NCBI GenBank assembly: GCA_963727485.1
Contig: CAVSGM010000002.1
Coordinates: 416,001 to 480,000 of the forward strand
Source: an uncultured delta proteobacterium
Lineage (GTDB): Bacteria > Myxococcota > Myxococcia > SLRQ01
Reading direction: 5' to 3'
DNA length: 64,000 nucleotides
Part shown: positions 51,622 to 64,000 of the stretch, piece by piece
Layout of the letters: the number at the start of each line of letters is the position of its first letter
Position numbering within the stretch: position 1 is the first letter of the stretch
Notes under the pieces: generated by a model
What the model was told of the DNA's origin: nothing
The model's database searches: none
What the model saw: the letters and a program-made list of their open reading frames with translations, nothing else
Program-made: the position numbers and the translations under genes

Positions 51622-52353
51622 TCGCGGTCCAGGAACTCGTCGTCGAGCTCGACGGCCGGCGCGTCCTCGACGGGGTCACCCTCGAGGTCCCCGCCGGGCA
51701 CGCTGACCGCCCTCATCGGCCCCTCGGGCAGCGGCAAGACCGTGCTCCTCAAGGCCCTCTCGGGCCTGCTGCCCATCGCCTCGGGGTCGGTCACCGTCGG
51801 CGGCGAGGAGGTCGCCGGGCGCAGCGAGCGCGACCTGTTCCCGGTGCGCGCGCGCATGGGGATGCTCTTCCAGGGCGGCGCCCTCTTCGACGACCTCACC
51901 GTCGCCGGCAACGTGGGCTTCCCGCTCGCGCGCCGGGGCGTTCCCCCCGAGGAGATCGCCGCCCGGGTCACGGCCGAGCTCGAGCGGGTGCGCCTCGCCG
52001 GGGCCGCGGACCTGATGCCCAGCGCCCTGTCCGGGGGCATGCGCAAGCGCGTGGGCATCGCCCGGGCGCTGGTCGCCGATCCCGAGGTCGCCCTCTACGA
52101 CGAGCCCACCGCCGGCCTCGACCCGGTGACCTCGGCGAAGATCCTGGGCCTCCTGAAGACCGCCCGGGACGAGCGCGGGGTCACCGGGCTGGCCGCCGGC
52201 CACGAGCTGACGAGCCTCCTGCCGGCCTGCGACGCCGTGTGCCTCCTCGACGAAGGGCGGGTGCGCTACCACGGCCCCGTCGCGGGCCTGGAGGCCGCCG
52301 AGGACCCCATGGTCCACGCGTTCGTCACCGGCGAGGAGCGGCCGGCCCCATGA
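51618..52353 (+). CDS. mlaF: MlaF/Mkl-type ABC ATPase, frameshifted near 51700
   Basis: MIAVQELVVELDGRRVLDGVTL, then LIGPSGSGKT, LSGGMRKRVGIARAL, YDEPTAGLDP. Confidence 0.82.
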
Positions 52354-53192
52354 GCCCCGGCGGCCCCACCTCCCCCACGCCTCCCGGCGCGTCCACCGAG
52401 GCCGACGGCCCTACCTTCCCCGGCGCCGGCGTCCTCGCCGCCGTCGGGGCCTTCGCCCTCTCGTTGGCCCGGGAGACCGGCGGCATCGCCCTCGTCGTCT
52501 GGCGCGCCACGTTGGCCCTGCTCCCCCCGCGCACCGACGCCCGGGAGCTGCTCCGCGGCCTCTACCGCTTCGGCATCCAGAGCGTGCCCATCGTCGTCGC
52601 CACCGCCTTCCTCACCGGCGTCATCGTGGTCCTCCAGGCCGCGGTCTACGTGACCCGCTACCGCGCCACCGTCCTCGTCGGCTGGGCCACCGGCTTCACC
52701 ACCTTCCGGGAGATCGGCCCGGTGCTCATCGCCCTGATGATCTCCGGGCGCGTGGGGAGCACCAGCACCGCCGAGCTCGCCACCATGGCCGTCACCGAGC
52801 AGGTCGACGCCCTGCGGGTCCTCGCCGTGGACCCGGTGGCCTACCTGGTCATCCCGCGGATCTTCGCGCTCGTCGCCGTGACCTTCCTGCTCACCGTCAT
52901 CGGCGACGTGCTGGCCATCGCCGGCGGGGCGCTGTCGGCGAAGGTGCTGGTGGGCGTCGGCTTCTCGACCTTCTGGGCCTCGTTCCAGTCCGCGGTCCAC
53001 CTCGCCGACCTCACCCAGGGCCTGGTGAAGTCCGCGGTCTTCGGCTGGGCCATCGGCGTGGTCTCCTGCCACTTCGGCCTCTCCGCCCGGGGCGGCGCCT
53101 CGGCGGTGGGGCGCGCGGTGACCCGGGCGGTGGTCGCCTCGGCGGTGGCCATCTTCCTCCTCGACTACCTGGTCACCAGGCTCCTCACGTGA
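52350..53192 (+). CDS. mlaE: MlaE/YrbE family permease
   Basis: REIGPVL, GRVGS..TAELATM.VTEQVDAL, GGASAVGRAVT. Confidence 0.9.
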   Translation: MSPGGPTSPTPPGASTEADGPTFPGAGVLAAVGAFALSLARETGGIALVVWRATLALLPPRTDARELLRGLYRFGIQSVPIVVATAFLTGVIVVLQAAVYVTRYRATVLVGWATGFTTFREIGPVLIALMISGRVGSTSTAELATMAVTEQVDALRVLAVDPVAYLVIPRIFALVAVTFLLTVIGDVLAIAGGALSAKVLVGVGFSTFWASFQSAVHLADLTQGLVKSAVFGWAIGVVSCHFGLSARGGASAVGRAVTRAVVASAVAIFLLDYLVTRLLT

Positions 53193-53965
53193 CGACGCCG
53201 TCCGAAAGGGGCGCCGCCCTCGCGACCCCCGTCGCCCGCCTCGGCGCCGGCTTCCTCCTCGCCGGCCGGGCGCTCGCCGGCCTGCGCGCCCGCGCCTGGC
53301 CCCGGGGCGAGGTCCTCCGCCAGGCCCACGAGGCCGGGAACCGCTCCATCCTCCTGGTGGCCACCACCCTGGCCTTCGTGGGCATGGTCCTCACCTGGCT
53401 CGCCGGCACCCAGGCCCGCCGCATCGTCGGCGACCTCTCCATCCTCGGGCCCGCGTTCCTCCAGCTGGTCATCCGGGAGTTCGGCCCCATCATCGTGGCC
53501 CTCATGGTCGCGGCCCGGGTGGGCGCGGGCATCGCCGCCGAGGTGGCCACCATGGTCGTCACCGAGCAGGTCGACGCCCTGCGGATGAACGCCGCCGACC
53601 CCATCCGCTGGATCGTCTCCCCGAGGGTGCTGGCGGTGGCCGTCGCCAATCTGGCCCTCACCGTCGTGGGCAGCGCCGTGGCCATCGCCGCCGGGACCTT
53701 CACCGCCTGGAAGAGCTTCGCCCTGGCGCCCCAGGTCTTCCTCGACTTCTCCCTGGTGCACCCGGGCGACGTGGTCACCGCGCTCATCAAGGCGGTGGCC
53801 TTCGGGATCTGCGTCCCGGTGGTCGCCGCCGCCGCGGGCCTCGAGGCCCGGGGCGGTTCCGAGGGCGTGGGCCGGGCGACGACGCGGGCGGTGGTCCTGG
53901 CGTCCATCGGGGTCATCGTCCTCGACGCCGTCATCGGCGGGCTGGCCTTCGGGGTGGGGCTGTGA
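53189..53965 (+). CDS. mlaE: MlaE/YrbE family permease, second copy
   Basis: REFGP, ARVGAGIAAEVATM..TEQVDAL, GGSEGVGRATT. Confidence 0.9.
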   Translation: MTTPSERGAALATPVARLGAGFLLAGRALAGLRARAWPRGEVLRQAHEAGNRSILLVATTLAFVGMVLTWLAGTQARRIVGDLSILGPAFLQLVIREFGPIIVALMVAARVGAGIAAEVATMVVTEQVDALRMNAADPIRWIVSPRVLAVAVANLALTVVGSAVAIAAGTFTAWKSFALAPQVFLDFSLVHPGDVVTALIKAVAFGICVPVVAAAAGLEARGGSEGVGRATTRAVVLASIGVIVLDAVIGGLAFGVGL

Positions 53966-54078
53966 GCCCGGTGGCGGCTGGGGTGCCCTGTTCGCTGTCC
54001 GCGCCGGCCGGCGCGTGGGCGCACCGACCTCCACGACTATGAAACGACGGGTACCGGGAGATCGCCTACACTCCATCA

Positions 54079-56511
54079 ATGGCCAAACGAAGCGTCTTCC
54101 TCGTAGGTGGCTTGGTCGGTCTCGCGCTTGGTGTCGGCGGCTGCGTCCGCGGCGCCAGCAAGGGCAGCCCTGGGCCGACGGGCGGCGGAGGCACGACGGT
54201 CGCACCGTGCGCCGCCACCGACCTCTACGTCGCGCCCGATGGCGACGACGCGAACCCCGGCACCGAGGCCAGGCCGCTGAAGACGCTGGAGGCGGCGCGC
54301 GACGCCATCAGGACCCTGAAGGCGGGGCCGGGGCTCCCCGCGGGCGGCATCGAGGTGTGCCTGCGGGGCGGTCTGTACCTGCGCGACAAGACCTTCGAGC
54401 TGACCGACCAGGACTCGGGCACACCGGACCAGCCGATCGTGTGGCGTGCCTACCAGGGCGAGACGCCGCGCCTCGCCGGTGCGATCCAGCTCGATGCCAA
54501 GGACTTCGCCAAGGTGGACGCGAGCGCGGCGGTCTATCCCCGCCTGGACCCGGCGGCGCGGGGCCACGTGCTGGCGCTCGATCTCACGAAGTACACGACC
54601 GATTACGGCACGCTCGACACGCGCCGCGCCGACAAGGGCGGCAAGAACTCCGCGGCCGAGCTTGCCTTCAACGACACCATGATGCAGCTCGCCCGCTACC
54701 CCGACTACGTGAAACCGAGCGACGTGCCGCTGTATCCAACGGTCATCCACGTCAGCGGCAGCGGCCTGAAGCCCGACGTGAGCGGTACCTATGCCGAGGC
54801 CGGCACCTACAACGGCAAGCCGTACTACAAGCTCGCCGAACCAGAACTGGTTCATCTACTTCCGCGCCCAGAATGCCATCTACTACCTCGCGGACCTGAA
54901 GGCGCTCGGCGGGGCCGGCACCTATGCCTGGTGGAGCCGCGGCGGCACCTACCCGACGGGGACGTACCATCCCGACTCCGGCCACCCGAGCGGAGAGCCG
55001 TACGCCGAGTCCACCGACGACATCGGCTTCTCGCGCATCGCGTCGACTTCGGACGGCACGCACTTCACGTACACGGGCACCCGGCCCGAGCGCTGGGGCG
55101 CGGCCAAGGACATCTACATGATGGGCTACTGGGGCCACCTCTGGGACGCGCGGCATGTCGCGGTGACGAAGATCGACACGGTGAACAAGGTCGTCACCGT
55201 CACCAGCAACCCCTACGGCATCGTGGCCCACGAGCCGTACTTCGCCTACAACCTGCTGGAGGAGATCACCGTGCCCGGCGAGTACTACATCGACCGTGCC
55301 ACGGGCACGCTGTACTTCTGGCCGCCGGGGGACAACCCGCACGGCGAGCTCATGCTCACCATGCTTCAGGACGACCTCGTGCACCTGATCGGCGTCAAGA
55401 ACGTCACGCTGCGCGGCCTGCACTTCGAGCTGGGGCGCGGCGATCTGGTGCGCATCGAAGGCGGCTCGGACGATGTCGTGGAAGACTGTGACCTCGGCGA
55501 CACCGGCGGCGCGGGCGCCAGAGTCAGCGGCGTGCGCAACGGGCTCTCGCACTGCACGGTTCACGACACCGGTGGCACGGGCGTGCTTCCTCTCGGGCGG
55601 GGATCGCAAGAGCCTGACGGCCGGCAACGACTTCGTGAAGAACTGCGACCTCTCGCGCTTCGGCCGCATCTTCTGGACGTACCAATCGGCCGTGAACCTC
55701 ACCGACCCGTCCAGGTGGGATCACGTCGCGAGTGCGGGGAACGTCGTCGCCCACGACCACATCCACGACGCGCCGCATGCGGGCATCCTGTTCTCCGGCA
55801 ACGACCACCACATCGAGTACAACGTGATCGATCACGTGTGCGAGTGGTCGTCGGATGCGGGCGCCATCTACGGCGGACGCGACTGGGGCTATCGCGGCAA
55901 CGAGATCCGCTACAACTTCATCCACGACATCCGGAGCCCGCTGGGGCCCGCGACGCACGGCATCTATCTCGACGACTGCGTCAGTGGTGAGCACGTGTTC
56001 GGCAACGTGCTCTACAAGGCTTCACCCACCTCTGGGATCATGCACGGCGGCGGGCGCGACGACATCATCGAGAACAACATCATCGTGAAATGCGGCCAGG
56101 CGCTGCACACCGACACGCGCGGGACCTCGCGGATCACGCACGACGGCAGCAGCTGGGACCAACTGCATCGCATCGAGGACATGAGCTACACGCAGGACCC
56201 CTGGAAGACCGCGTACCCGGCGCTGGCTGCGATTCCCGACGACTGGTCCGATTCTCGCCGGTTCGCACTGGCTCGAGCCGGAGGGCAGCGTCTTCTCACG
56301 CAACCTCGGGTGGCAGGATGGGCAGTGGACGGTCGAGGCCAGCGGTCACCCGCTCTCGTACTTCGCGGAAATCAAGGACAACGTGGAGAACCAGGATCCC
56401 CAGTTCGTCGACGAGGCAAGCCTCGATCTGGCTCTGAAGCCCACGTCGCCGGCCTTCTCCATCCCGGGCTTCCAGCCGATCCCGTTCAGCGAGATCGGCA
56501 TCCAGAAGTAG
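54079..56511 (+). CDS. right-handed parallel beta-helix lipoprotein (GH141/pectin-lyase-like), split by frameshifts near 54840, 55590 and 56250
   Basis: LYVAPDGDDANPGT..PLKTL..AR, LRGGLY, ARYP, NLLEEI..PGEYY, DAGAIY, GIYLDD, terminal PGFQPIPFSEIG. Confidence 0.8.
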
Positions 56512-56659
56512 CCCTTGGCCCCAGCGGATTCCCCACCGCGGTGGATTTCACTTCGCCCCCCCGCGCGGCGGGGCTATGGAGGACACTCCCGCGTACCCTT
56601 CCCCGAGGACACCGACCTTGAACCGGAATCCCGTCACCCCATCCCTAAGGCCGGCCCCC

Positions 56660-58365
56660 GTGAACGCCCGCACCGCCACTCGCCGCTCCTCGCCATCGTG
56701 GCCGGCCTCGCCGCCCTCGCCGCCGGGTGCAGCCCCACCGCGGGCACCCACCCCGACGGCGGCGCCTCCGACGCCGGCGCAACCGGCACCACCACCGGCA
56801 CCCTCTCGGGCACCGCCTTCGCCGACCTCTGCCACGGCCTCGCCGGCGCCACCGTCTCGGTGGTGGGCACCAGCGTCACCACCACCGCCGACGACGCCGG
56901 CGCCTTCACCCTCCCGGACGTGACCCTCCCGGCGACCCTCGAGGTCTCGGCGCCGGGGATGACCCCCACCCGGACCGCCGAGCTCGACGCCACCACCGGC
57001 ATCGAGGCCTACGCCATCCCCACCGACGTGGTCTCCCAGGTGTACCTCCTCGCCGGCGAGACCGCCGCCCCGAGCCGGGGGGTCGTCGAGGTGACCTTCG
57101 TCAACGACCACCAGCTCCCCGTGGCCGGGGCCACCGTGCGCCTGGTCGACGAGAGCGGCAAGGACCTCGGGCCCCCGAGCTACTTCACCACCACCACCAC
57201 CGCCAGCGGCGAGGTCCTCCCCGGCTTCGACCCCTCGGCGACGGCCACCGCCCCGGTCATGGGCTCGGCAATCTTCTTCGGCGTGCGGCCCGGGCGCTAC
57301 ACCGCGCGGGTTGCGCGCACCGGCTACCAGGTCGAGGACCAGACGGTGGACGTGGCCGCGGGCTCCCTCTCGGTGCTCCGCTTCGTGGGCACCGGCACCG
57401 ACGGCACGGCCCCGGCCAAGGTCTACGGCACCGTCACCGAGGGACCGGCCCTGCCCAAGTACGGCCCGCCCGTCCCCACCGCGGGCGTCCAGGTCACCCT
57501 CCACCTCGCCGGGGGCGACCAGACCGCCACCACCGCCGCCGACGGCAGCTTCTCCTTCGACCTCCCCGACGCCCGGCAGGAGGCGGACCTCACCTTCGCC
57601 GCCAGCGGCGTCCTCACCCAGCGCTCGCCCCTCTTCTGCGCCGGGTCGACCTTCTTCTACTCCGAGGTGCTCAACGACACCTTCTGGTCCCAGGAGTCCC
57701 TCTCGCCGGCGACCCTCGGCGGCCACCTCGACCTCACCAAGGGCCAGGTGGCGCTCTCGGTCCTCGACTCCGTCAACGGCACCACCTTCTCCAAGGGGGT
57801 GCACGTCACGGCGGCCCCGGCGGTCGCCCCGTTCTACGGCCCCGGGACCCCGCCGACCCCCGCCGACCCCTGCGCCGTGGGGAGCTGCCAGTCCCAGTCC
57901 GACTGCGCCACCGACACCTGGTGCGCCCCCGACAACCAGTGCCGGGTGGGCGCCTCGCCGGTGTGCGAGCTGTGCCAGTCCGCCGGGAGCGCGTGCCCCG
58001 CCGGGACCCTGTCCACCAGCTTCCAGGTGGCGAACGGGACCGGCACCACCGTGGGGCCCTGCGTCTGCCTCCAGACCGTCCCCGACTGCACCAGCACCGA
58101 CTGCCCCGCCCACACCGCCTGCCAGCACGACCTGATGCGGGTCCAGGGCGCCACCCCGGGCAGCGGCACCGTGACCGTCCAGGGCGCCATCTGCGCCCCC
58201 GACTACAGCCCCGCCACCGGCACCATCGACGCCCCGGTGGTGTTCCCCAACCTCGCCCCCGGCACCTACACCTTCACCGCCGACGACGGCCGGCCGCCGG
58301 TCCGGGCCCGGGTCGAGGCGGGGGTCGAGGTCGGCGGCGACTGGCGGCCGTCGGCGCTCTTCTAA
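56660..58365 (+). CDS. lipoprotein with repeated carboxypeptidase-regulatory-like (Cna-B) domains and a Cys-rich insert; probable frameshift in the signal peptide near 56687
   Basis: GTG-NARTATRR joins LLAIVAGLAALAAGC; TTADDAGAF, PGRY and TAADGSFSF repeats; Cys-rich block of about 14 Cys. Confidence 0.7.
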
Positions 58366-58397
58366 GCCCGGGCCCCCCGGCCTGGGGCGAACCGCCC

Positions 58398-59144
58398 GTG
58401 ACCATCGAGATCAAGCACCTGACCAAGGCCTTCGGCGCCAAGGTCGTCCTCCGGGACGTGAGCCTCACCGTGGACCCCGGCGAGGTCCTGTTCATCATCG
58501 GCACCTCGGGCACCGGCAAGAGCGTGCTCATGCGCCACGTGGTGGGCCTGCTCAAGCCCGACGCCGGGGAGGTGTGGCTCGACGGCCTCCGGGTCGACGA
58601 CCGCACCGAGAAGCAGCTCTACGAGGTCCGCCGGCGGTGCGGCTTCGTGTTCCAGCACCCCACCCTCCTCGACTTCCTCACCCTCGAGGAGAACGTGGCC
58701 CTGCCGCTCATCAAGCGCCGGGGCCTGTCCCGCGCCGAGGCCCTCGACCGGGCCCGGGACTGGCTCGCCCGGGTGGGCATCGAGGCCGAGGCAGGCCGCC
58801 GGCCCGGGACCCTCGGCGCCGGGCTCCAGAAGCGCGCCGCCATCGCCCGGGCCCTCGCCCTCGAGCCGGCCTACCTGGTCTACGACGAGCCCACCACCGG
58901 CCTCGATCCCGTGAGCGCCCGGCAGGTGGACCGGGTCATCCGGGGCCTCGCCGACGACACCGGGGTCACCTCCGTCGTGGTCTCCCACGACCTGGCGAGC
59001 ATCTTCGGGATCGCCAATCGCATCGCCTTCCTCTACCAGGGCCGGATCCACGCAGAGGGCGCGCCCGCGCACTTCCGGGAGAGCCCCGACCCGGTGGTCC
59101 GCCAGTTCGTCGACGGCCAGGCGGACGGCCCGATGCGGATTTGA
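58398..59144 (+). CDS. mlaF: MlaF/Mkl-type ABC ATPase, second copy
   Basis: GTSGTGKS, LGAGLQKRAAIARAL, YDEPTTGLDP, VSHD, VRQFVDG...GP. Confidence 0.88.
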   Translation: MTIEIKHLTKAFGAKVVLRDVSLTVDPGEVLFIIGTSGTGKSVLMRHVVGLLKPDAGEVWLDGLRVDDRTEKQLYEVRRRCGFVFQHPTLLDFLTLEENVALPLIKRRGLSRAEALDRARDWLARVGIEAEAGRRPGTLGAGLQKRAAIARALALEPAYLVYDEPTTGLDPVSARQVDRVIRGLADDTGVTSVVVSHDLASIFGIANRIAFLYQGRIHAEGAPAHFRESPDPVVRQFVDGQADGPMRI

Positions 59145-59253
59145 TTCCAGGCGGTTACGCCGCCTGGTGGGGCACCCGGGCCCCGCGGCCCCCAAGTCAA
59201 CACCGTGAATCGGGGATGGCGCGCACGCACATCATGCACTACCCCTGAGCACC

Positions 59254-60699
<1,446 letters not shown>

Positions 60700-60729
60700 C
60701 CACGGCCCCCAGGCGTTGTTCCCACGACG

Positions 60730-61173
60730 ATGGATGGCCCGCCGCTTAGCCCCCTGGTGTCCACCCCGGTGATCCCGACCGCCGGCCCCCGGCTGGTCCG
60801 GGACTACATGAGCCGCCACCCGGTCTTCGTGGCCCACGACGAGACCGTCCTCCGGGCCCACCGGGTGATGCGCGAGCACTCGGTGCGACACCTCCCCGTG
60901 CTCCAGGAGGGCGAGCTGGTGGGGCTGCTCACCGAGAGCGACGTCCACCTGGTGGAGTCGCTGCGTTCGGCCGATCCCGCCGAGGAGACGGTGGAGTCGG
61001 CGATGCAGCCCGACCCCTTCGTCGTCGACGCCACCGAGCCCCTGGGCCTGGTGGTCGAGGGCATGATCCGCGGGGGCCACCACGCGGCGGTGGTCCTCGA
61101 GGGGGTCCACGTGGTCGGCGTGTTCACCCACACCGACGCCCTCAAGGCCTTCCTCGACGTCCTCGGGGCGTAG
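60730..61173 (+). CDS. CBS-domain pair protein
   Basis: VRDYMS, VRHLPVL..GELVGLLT..D, VGVFT..D. Confidence 0.88.
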   Translation: MDGPPLSPLVSTPVIPTAGPRLVRDYMSRHPVFVAHDETVLRAHRVMREHSVRHLPVLQEGELVGLLTESDVHLVESLRSADPAEETVESAMQPDPFVVDATEPLGLVVEGMIRGGHHAAVVLEGVHVVGVFTHTDALKAFLDVLGA

Positions 61174-61236
61174 GGGCCCGGGGGCCCGGGCGCACCTCTT
61201 CGGGCAATCCCCCGGGAACCGTGGTATGGCTCTCCC

Positions 61237-62263
61237 GTGTCCGAGCGCGCCCTCGAGATCAAGGTCGGCGCCTTCGTCCTCGTGGCGCTGGGCCTCCTCG
61301 TCGCCCTGGGCCTGGTCCTGGGGAACGTCTCCCTGGGCTCGGGCTACACCGTCCACGTCCAGTACGGCTACTCCGGGGCCATCCACGAGGGCGCCCCGGT
61401 GAAGGTCTCCGGGGTCACCGTGGGCCGGGTGAGCCAGGTCGAGTTCCTCGGCGGCGGCGTCCGGGACGCCCAAGGGCAGCCGCTCCTCGTCCGCCTCACC
61501 CTCACCCTCCAGCCCCGGGCGAAGCCGGTGGTGCGCACCGGGACCCGCTTCGTCATCGGCACCCAGGGGGTCCTGGGCGAGCCCTACCTCGAGCTGGTCC
61601 CCGGCGACCTCCACGGCGCCGAGCTGAAGGACGGGGCCACGGTCCGCGGCGTCGACGCCCCGCGCACCGACCTGCTGATGTCGCGCCTCTACAGCTTCCT
61701 CGACGACCTCGGGGAGGTGATGGGCGACAACAAGGACGTCCTCCGGGACCTCCTGCGCTCCGGGTCCGGCCTGGCGAAGAACCTGGACACGGTGCTCCGG
61801 GACAACCGCACCCAGATCCACCAGGGCCTGGTGAACGTCCTCGCCGCCACCGCCGACCTCAAGCGCCTCTCCGCCGACGCGGCGACCCAGCTCGGGCGCG
61901 GGGGCGACCTCCACGGCCTCATCGCCGACGCCCGGGTCGCCGCCGGGGTCCTGCGCCGGCAGCTCCCCCCGCTCCTCCAGAAGGCCCAGACCATCGGCGA
62001 CGCCCTGGTGAAGCTCTCCAAGGTCTCCGGGGAGCTCACCCCCGAGGACGCCCGGAAGCTCAAGGCGGCGCTGGCCCACTACGAGAAGGTCGGCGAGCGC
62101 CTCGACAAGGTCAGCGCCGACCTCGCGACCCTCGTCGGCCGGGTCGACCGGGGCCAGGGGACGGTGGGCGCGCTCCTCCAGGATGACCAGAATCTACGAG
62201 GACCTCAAGGAGCTGGTCCGGGACCTCAAGGCCCACCCCTGGAAGGTCCTCTGGAAGGAGTGA
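61237..62263 (+). CDS. mlaD: MlaD/MCE family protein with helical tail; extra base near 62190
   Basis: Not in the ORF track. MSERALEIKVGAFVL, GAPVKVSGVTVGRV, QGVLGEPYLELVPG, GQGTVGALL; after the shift, IYEDLKELVRDLKAHPWKVLWKE-stop. Confidence 0.85.
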
Positions 62264-62265
62264 CG

Positions 62266-64000
62266 GTGCGCCGCGCCCTGGCCCTGACGCTGGCCCTGGT
62301 GCTCGTCGCGGGCCTCGCCCGGCCCGCGGCGGCGGTGGACCCGCGCCTCCACTGGCGCACCCTGGTCACCCCCCACTTCCGCATCCACTTCCCCGACGGG
62401 GGCTACCCGGTGGCGCTGAAGGCCGGGCGCGACCTGGAGGCGGCCTACGCCAAGCTCACCGCGCTCCTCGGCCACCACCCCTGGCGGCCGGTGGAGGTGG
62501 TCCTCTCCGACGACGTGGACACCGCCAACGGCTCGGCGACCACCATCCCCTTCCCCCAGATCCACGGCTACATGCACCCGCCGGGGTCCGAGAGCATCCT
62601 CGACGACTACGACGACTGGGAGTGGCTGCTCCTGGTCCACGAGCTCACCCACGTGATGCACCTGGGGACCGTCGGCGGCATCCCGGCCCTGGGGAACACG
62701 GTCTTCGGCCACCTCTTCGGGCCCAACTTCCTCCAGCCCGACTGGATCATCGAGGGGCTGGCCGTCTACTACGAGTCCCTGCTCTCCGCCGGGGGGCGCA
62801 ACCGCTCGAGCCTGGCGTCGATGTACCTGCGGGCCCAGGTGCTGGACCACGGGCGCCTGTGGCCGGTGGACAAGGCCGGCGGCAGCCCGGTGGACTGGCC
62901 CGGCGGCGACGTCTGGTACCTCTACGGGGGGCGCCTGTGGCAGTGGATGGTCGCCCATGCCGGCGACGACGCCCCGGCGCGGCTGAGCCACGACTACGGC
63001 GGACGGCTCTTCCCCTACGCGGTGAACCTCTCGTCGGAGCAGGCGGTGGGGCTGACCTGGCGCCAGGCCTACCGCGCGTGGGCGAAGGAGACGGCCGAGG
63101 CCGACCGGGCCCGCATCGCGGCGGTGAAGGCCGGAGGCGAGCGCCGGGGGCGGCCCCTCACCCACCTGGGGCGCCGGACCGGGGTGCCCCGGTGGCTCCC
63201 GGACGGCTCCGGCCTCCTCCTCTACGCCGACGGCGGCAAGGCCTACCCGGCCCTGCGCCGGCTCGAGCTCCCCCGGAAGACCCCCGCGGGCCTCTCGGCG
63301 CTCCGGCCGGTCCACCGGATCCCCGGCGCCGGGATCTACGACCTCGACCGGGTGGGCCGGGTCCTCGTCTACTCGCGCTCGGACTTCTTCGAGCAGCAGC
63401 AGATCTACGCCGACCTCTGGGCGGTGGGGCTGGGCGGCGGACCGGCGGTGCGCCTCACCCGGGGGATGCGGGCCCGGGACCCGGCGGTCTCCCCGGACGG
63501 CACCCGCCTGGCCTTCGTCGCCGGGCGCCGGGGGGCGACCGCGGTCTACGTGATGGCCGTGGACCTCCGGGACGCCGGGCCGGGTCGGGCGCCGGTGGTG
63601 CGCCTGGGGACCCCGGTGCGCGTCTTCCACCGGACCGACGTCCAGGCCGACCGGCCGGCCTTCTCCCCGGACGGACAGCGCCCTGGCCCTGTCCCTGCAC
63701 CGCCCGGACGGGGGCCGGGACATCGCGCTGGTCGACCTCTCCAAGGTCCCGGTGCCTCCCCCGGACCTCGAGGTGGACGGGCACCGGGCCCTGGCCCTGA
63801 ACGGCGCCCCGGCCCCGCACCGCCCCGAGCGCCCCGACGACCCGGGGCCGGGCCCGGACGGGGTCCGCGGCACCCTGACCTGGGTGACCCGCACCCGGGC
63901 CATGGATCTGGACCCGGCCTTCGACCCCAAGGGCCGGTGGCTCTACTTCACCAGCGACCGCACGGGCATCTACGACGTCTACGCGAAGCCCCTGAAGGCC
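62266..64000 (+). CDS. exported protein with a gluzincin-like HExxH domain and PD40/TolB-like beta-propeller (typical N-terminus of BamA/TamA-family fusions); frameshift near 63685; runs off the window
   Basis: WRTLVTPHFRIHF, ANGSA, LLVHELTHVMH, WIIEGLAVYYES, PAVSPDG, PAFSPDG, FTSDRTGIYDVY. Confidence 0.8.
   Translation, partial: MRRALALTLALVLVAGLARPAAAVDPRLHWRTLVTPHFRIHFPDGGYPVALKAGRDLEAAYAKLTALLGHHPWRPVEVVLSDDVDTANGSATTIPFPQIHGYMHPPGSESILDDYDDWEWLLLVHELTHVMHLGTVGGIPALGNTVFGHLFGPNFLQPDWIIEGLAVYYESLLSAGGRNRSSLASMYLRAQVLDHGRLWPVDKAGGSPVDWPGGDVWYLYGGRLWQWMVAHAGDDAPARLSHDYGGRLFPYAVNLSSEQAVGLTWRQAYRAWAKETAEADRARIAAVKAGGERRGRPLTHLGRRTGVPRWLPDGSGLLLYADGGKAYPALRRLELPRKTPAGLSALRPVHRIPGAGIYDLDRVGRVLVYSRSDFFEQQQIYADLWAVGLGGGPAVRLTRGMRARDPAVSPDGTRLAFVAGRRGATAVYVMAVDLRDAGPGRAPVVRLGTPVRVFHRTDVQADRPAFSPDGQRPGPVPAPPGRGPGHRAGRPLQGPGASPGPRGGRAPGPGPERRPGPAPPRAPRRPGAGPGRGPRHPDLGDPHPGHGSGPGLRPQGPVALLHQRPHGHLRRLREAPEG

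Overview
This is a very GC-rich chromosomal segment from a Myxococcota-like (deltaproteobacterial) organism. The assignment rests on a near-canonical CdbA nucleoid protein, an AgmX/PglI-type domain, many TPR/HEAT lipoproteins and a tilS-ftsH-folP-cdaA-cdaR-glmM block. In order, the window holds: the 5' end of a type I PKS/FAS-like gene; an acyl-CoA dehydrogenase/crotonase/hbd trio; mrp and sppA; the glmM-cdaR-cdaA-folP-ftsH-tilS block; an accessory block (putative tandem C-rich-loop sRNA, pseudo-protease, Klenow-like DNA polymerase, CdbA paralogue, Ig-like lipoprotein) ending at cdbA; a TonB receptor with a 5'-nucleotidase C-domain lipoprotein; TPR, ChaN-like and degenerate phosphoesterase genes; the yrdC-xerD-scpA-scpB-rluB-HEAT-cNMP-MshEN run; mutS; and an interrupted Mla/Mce system. 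About a dozen single-base frameshifts, one of them in ftsH, suggest uncorrected long-read errors. No tRNA, rRNA, CRISPR array or transposase was recognised. The most novel signals are a ~240-nt promoter-to-terminator non-coding unit with two duplicated C-rich-loop hairpin modules (19340-19577), and the adjacent polymerase/RHH divergon with an 18-bp direct repeat. Product calls come from motif recognition by eye, not database searches.
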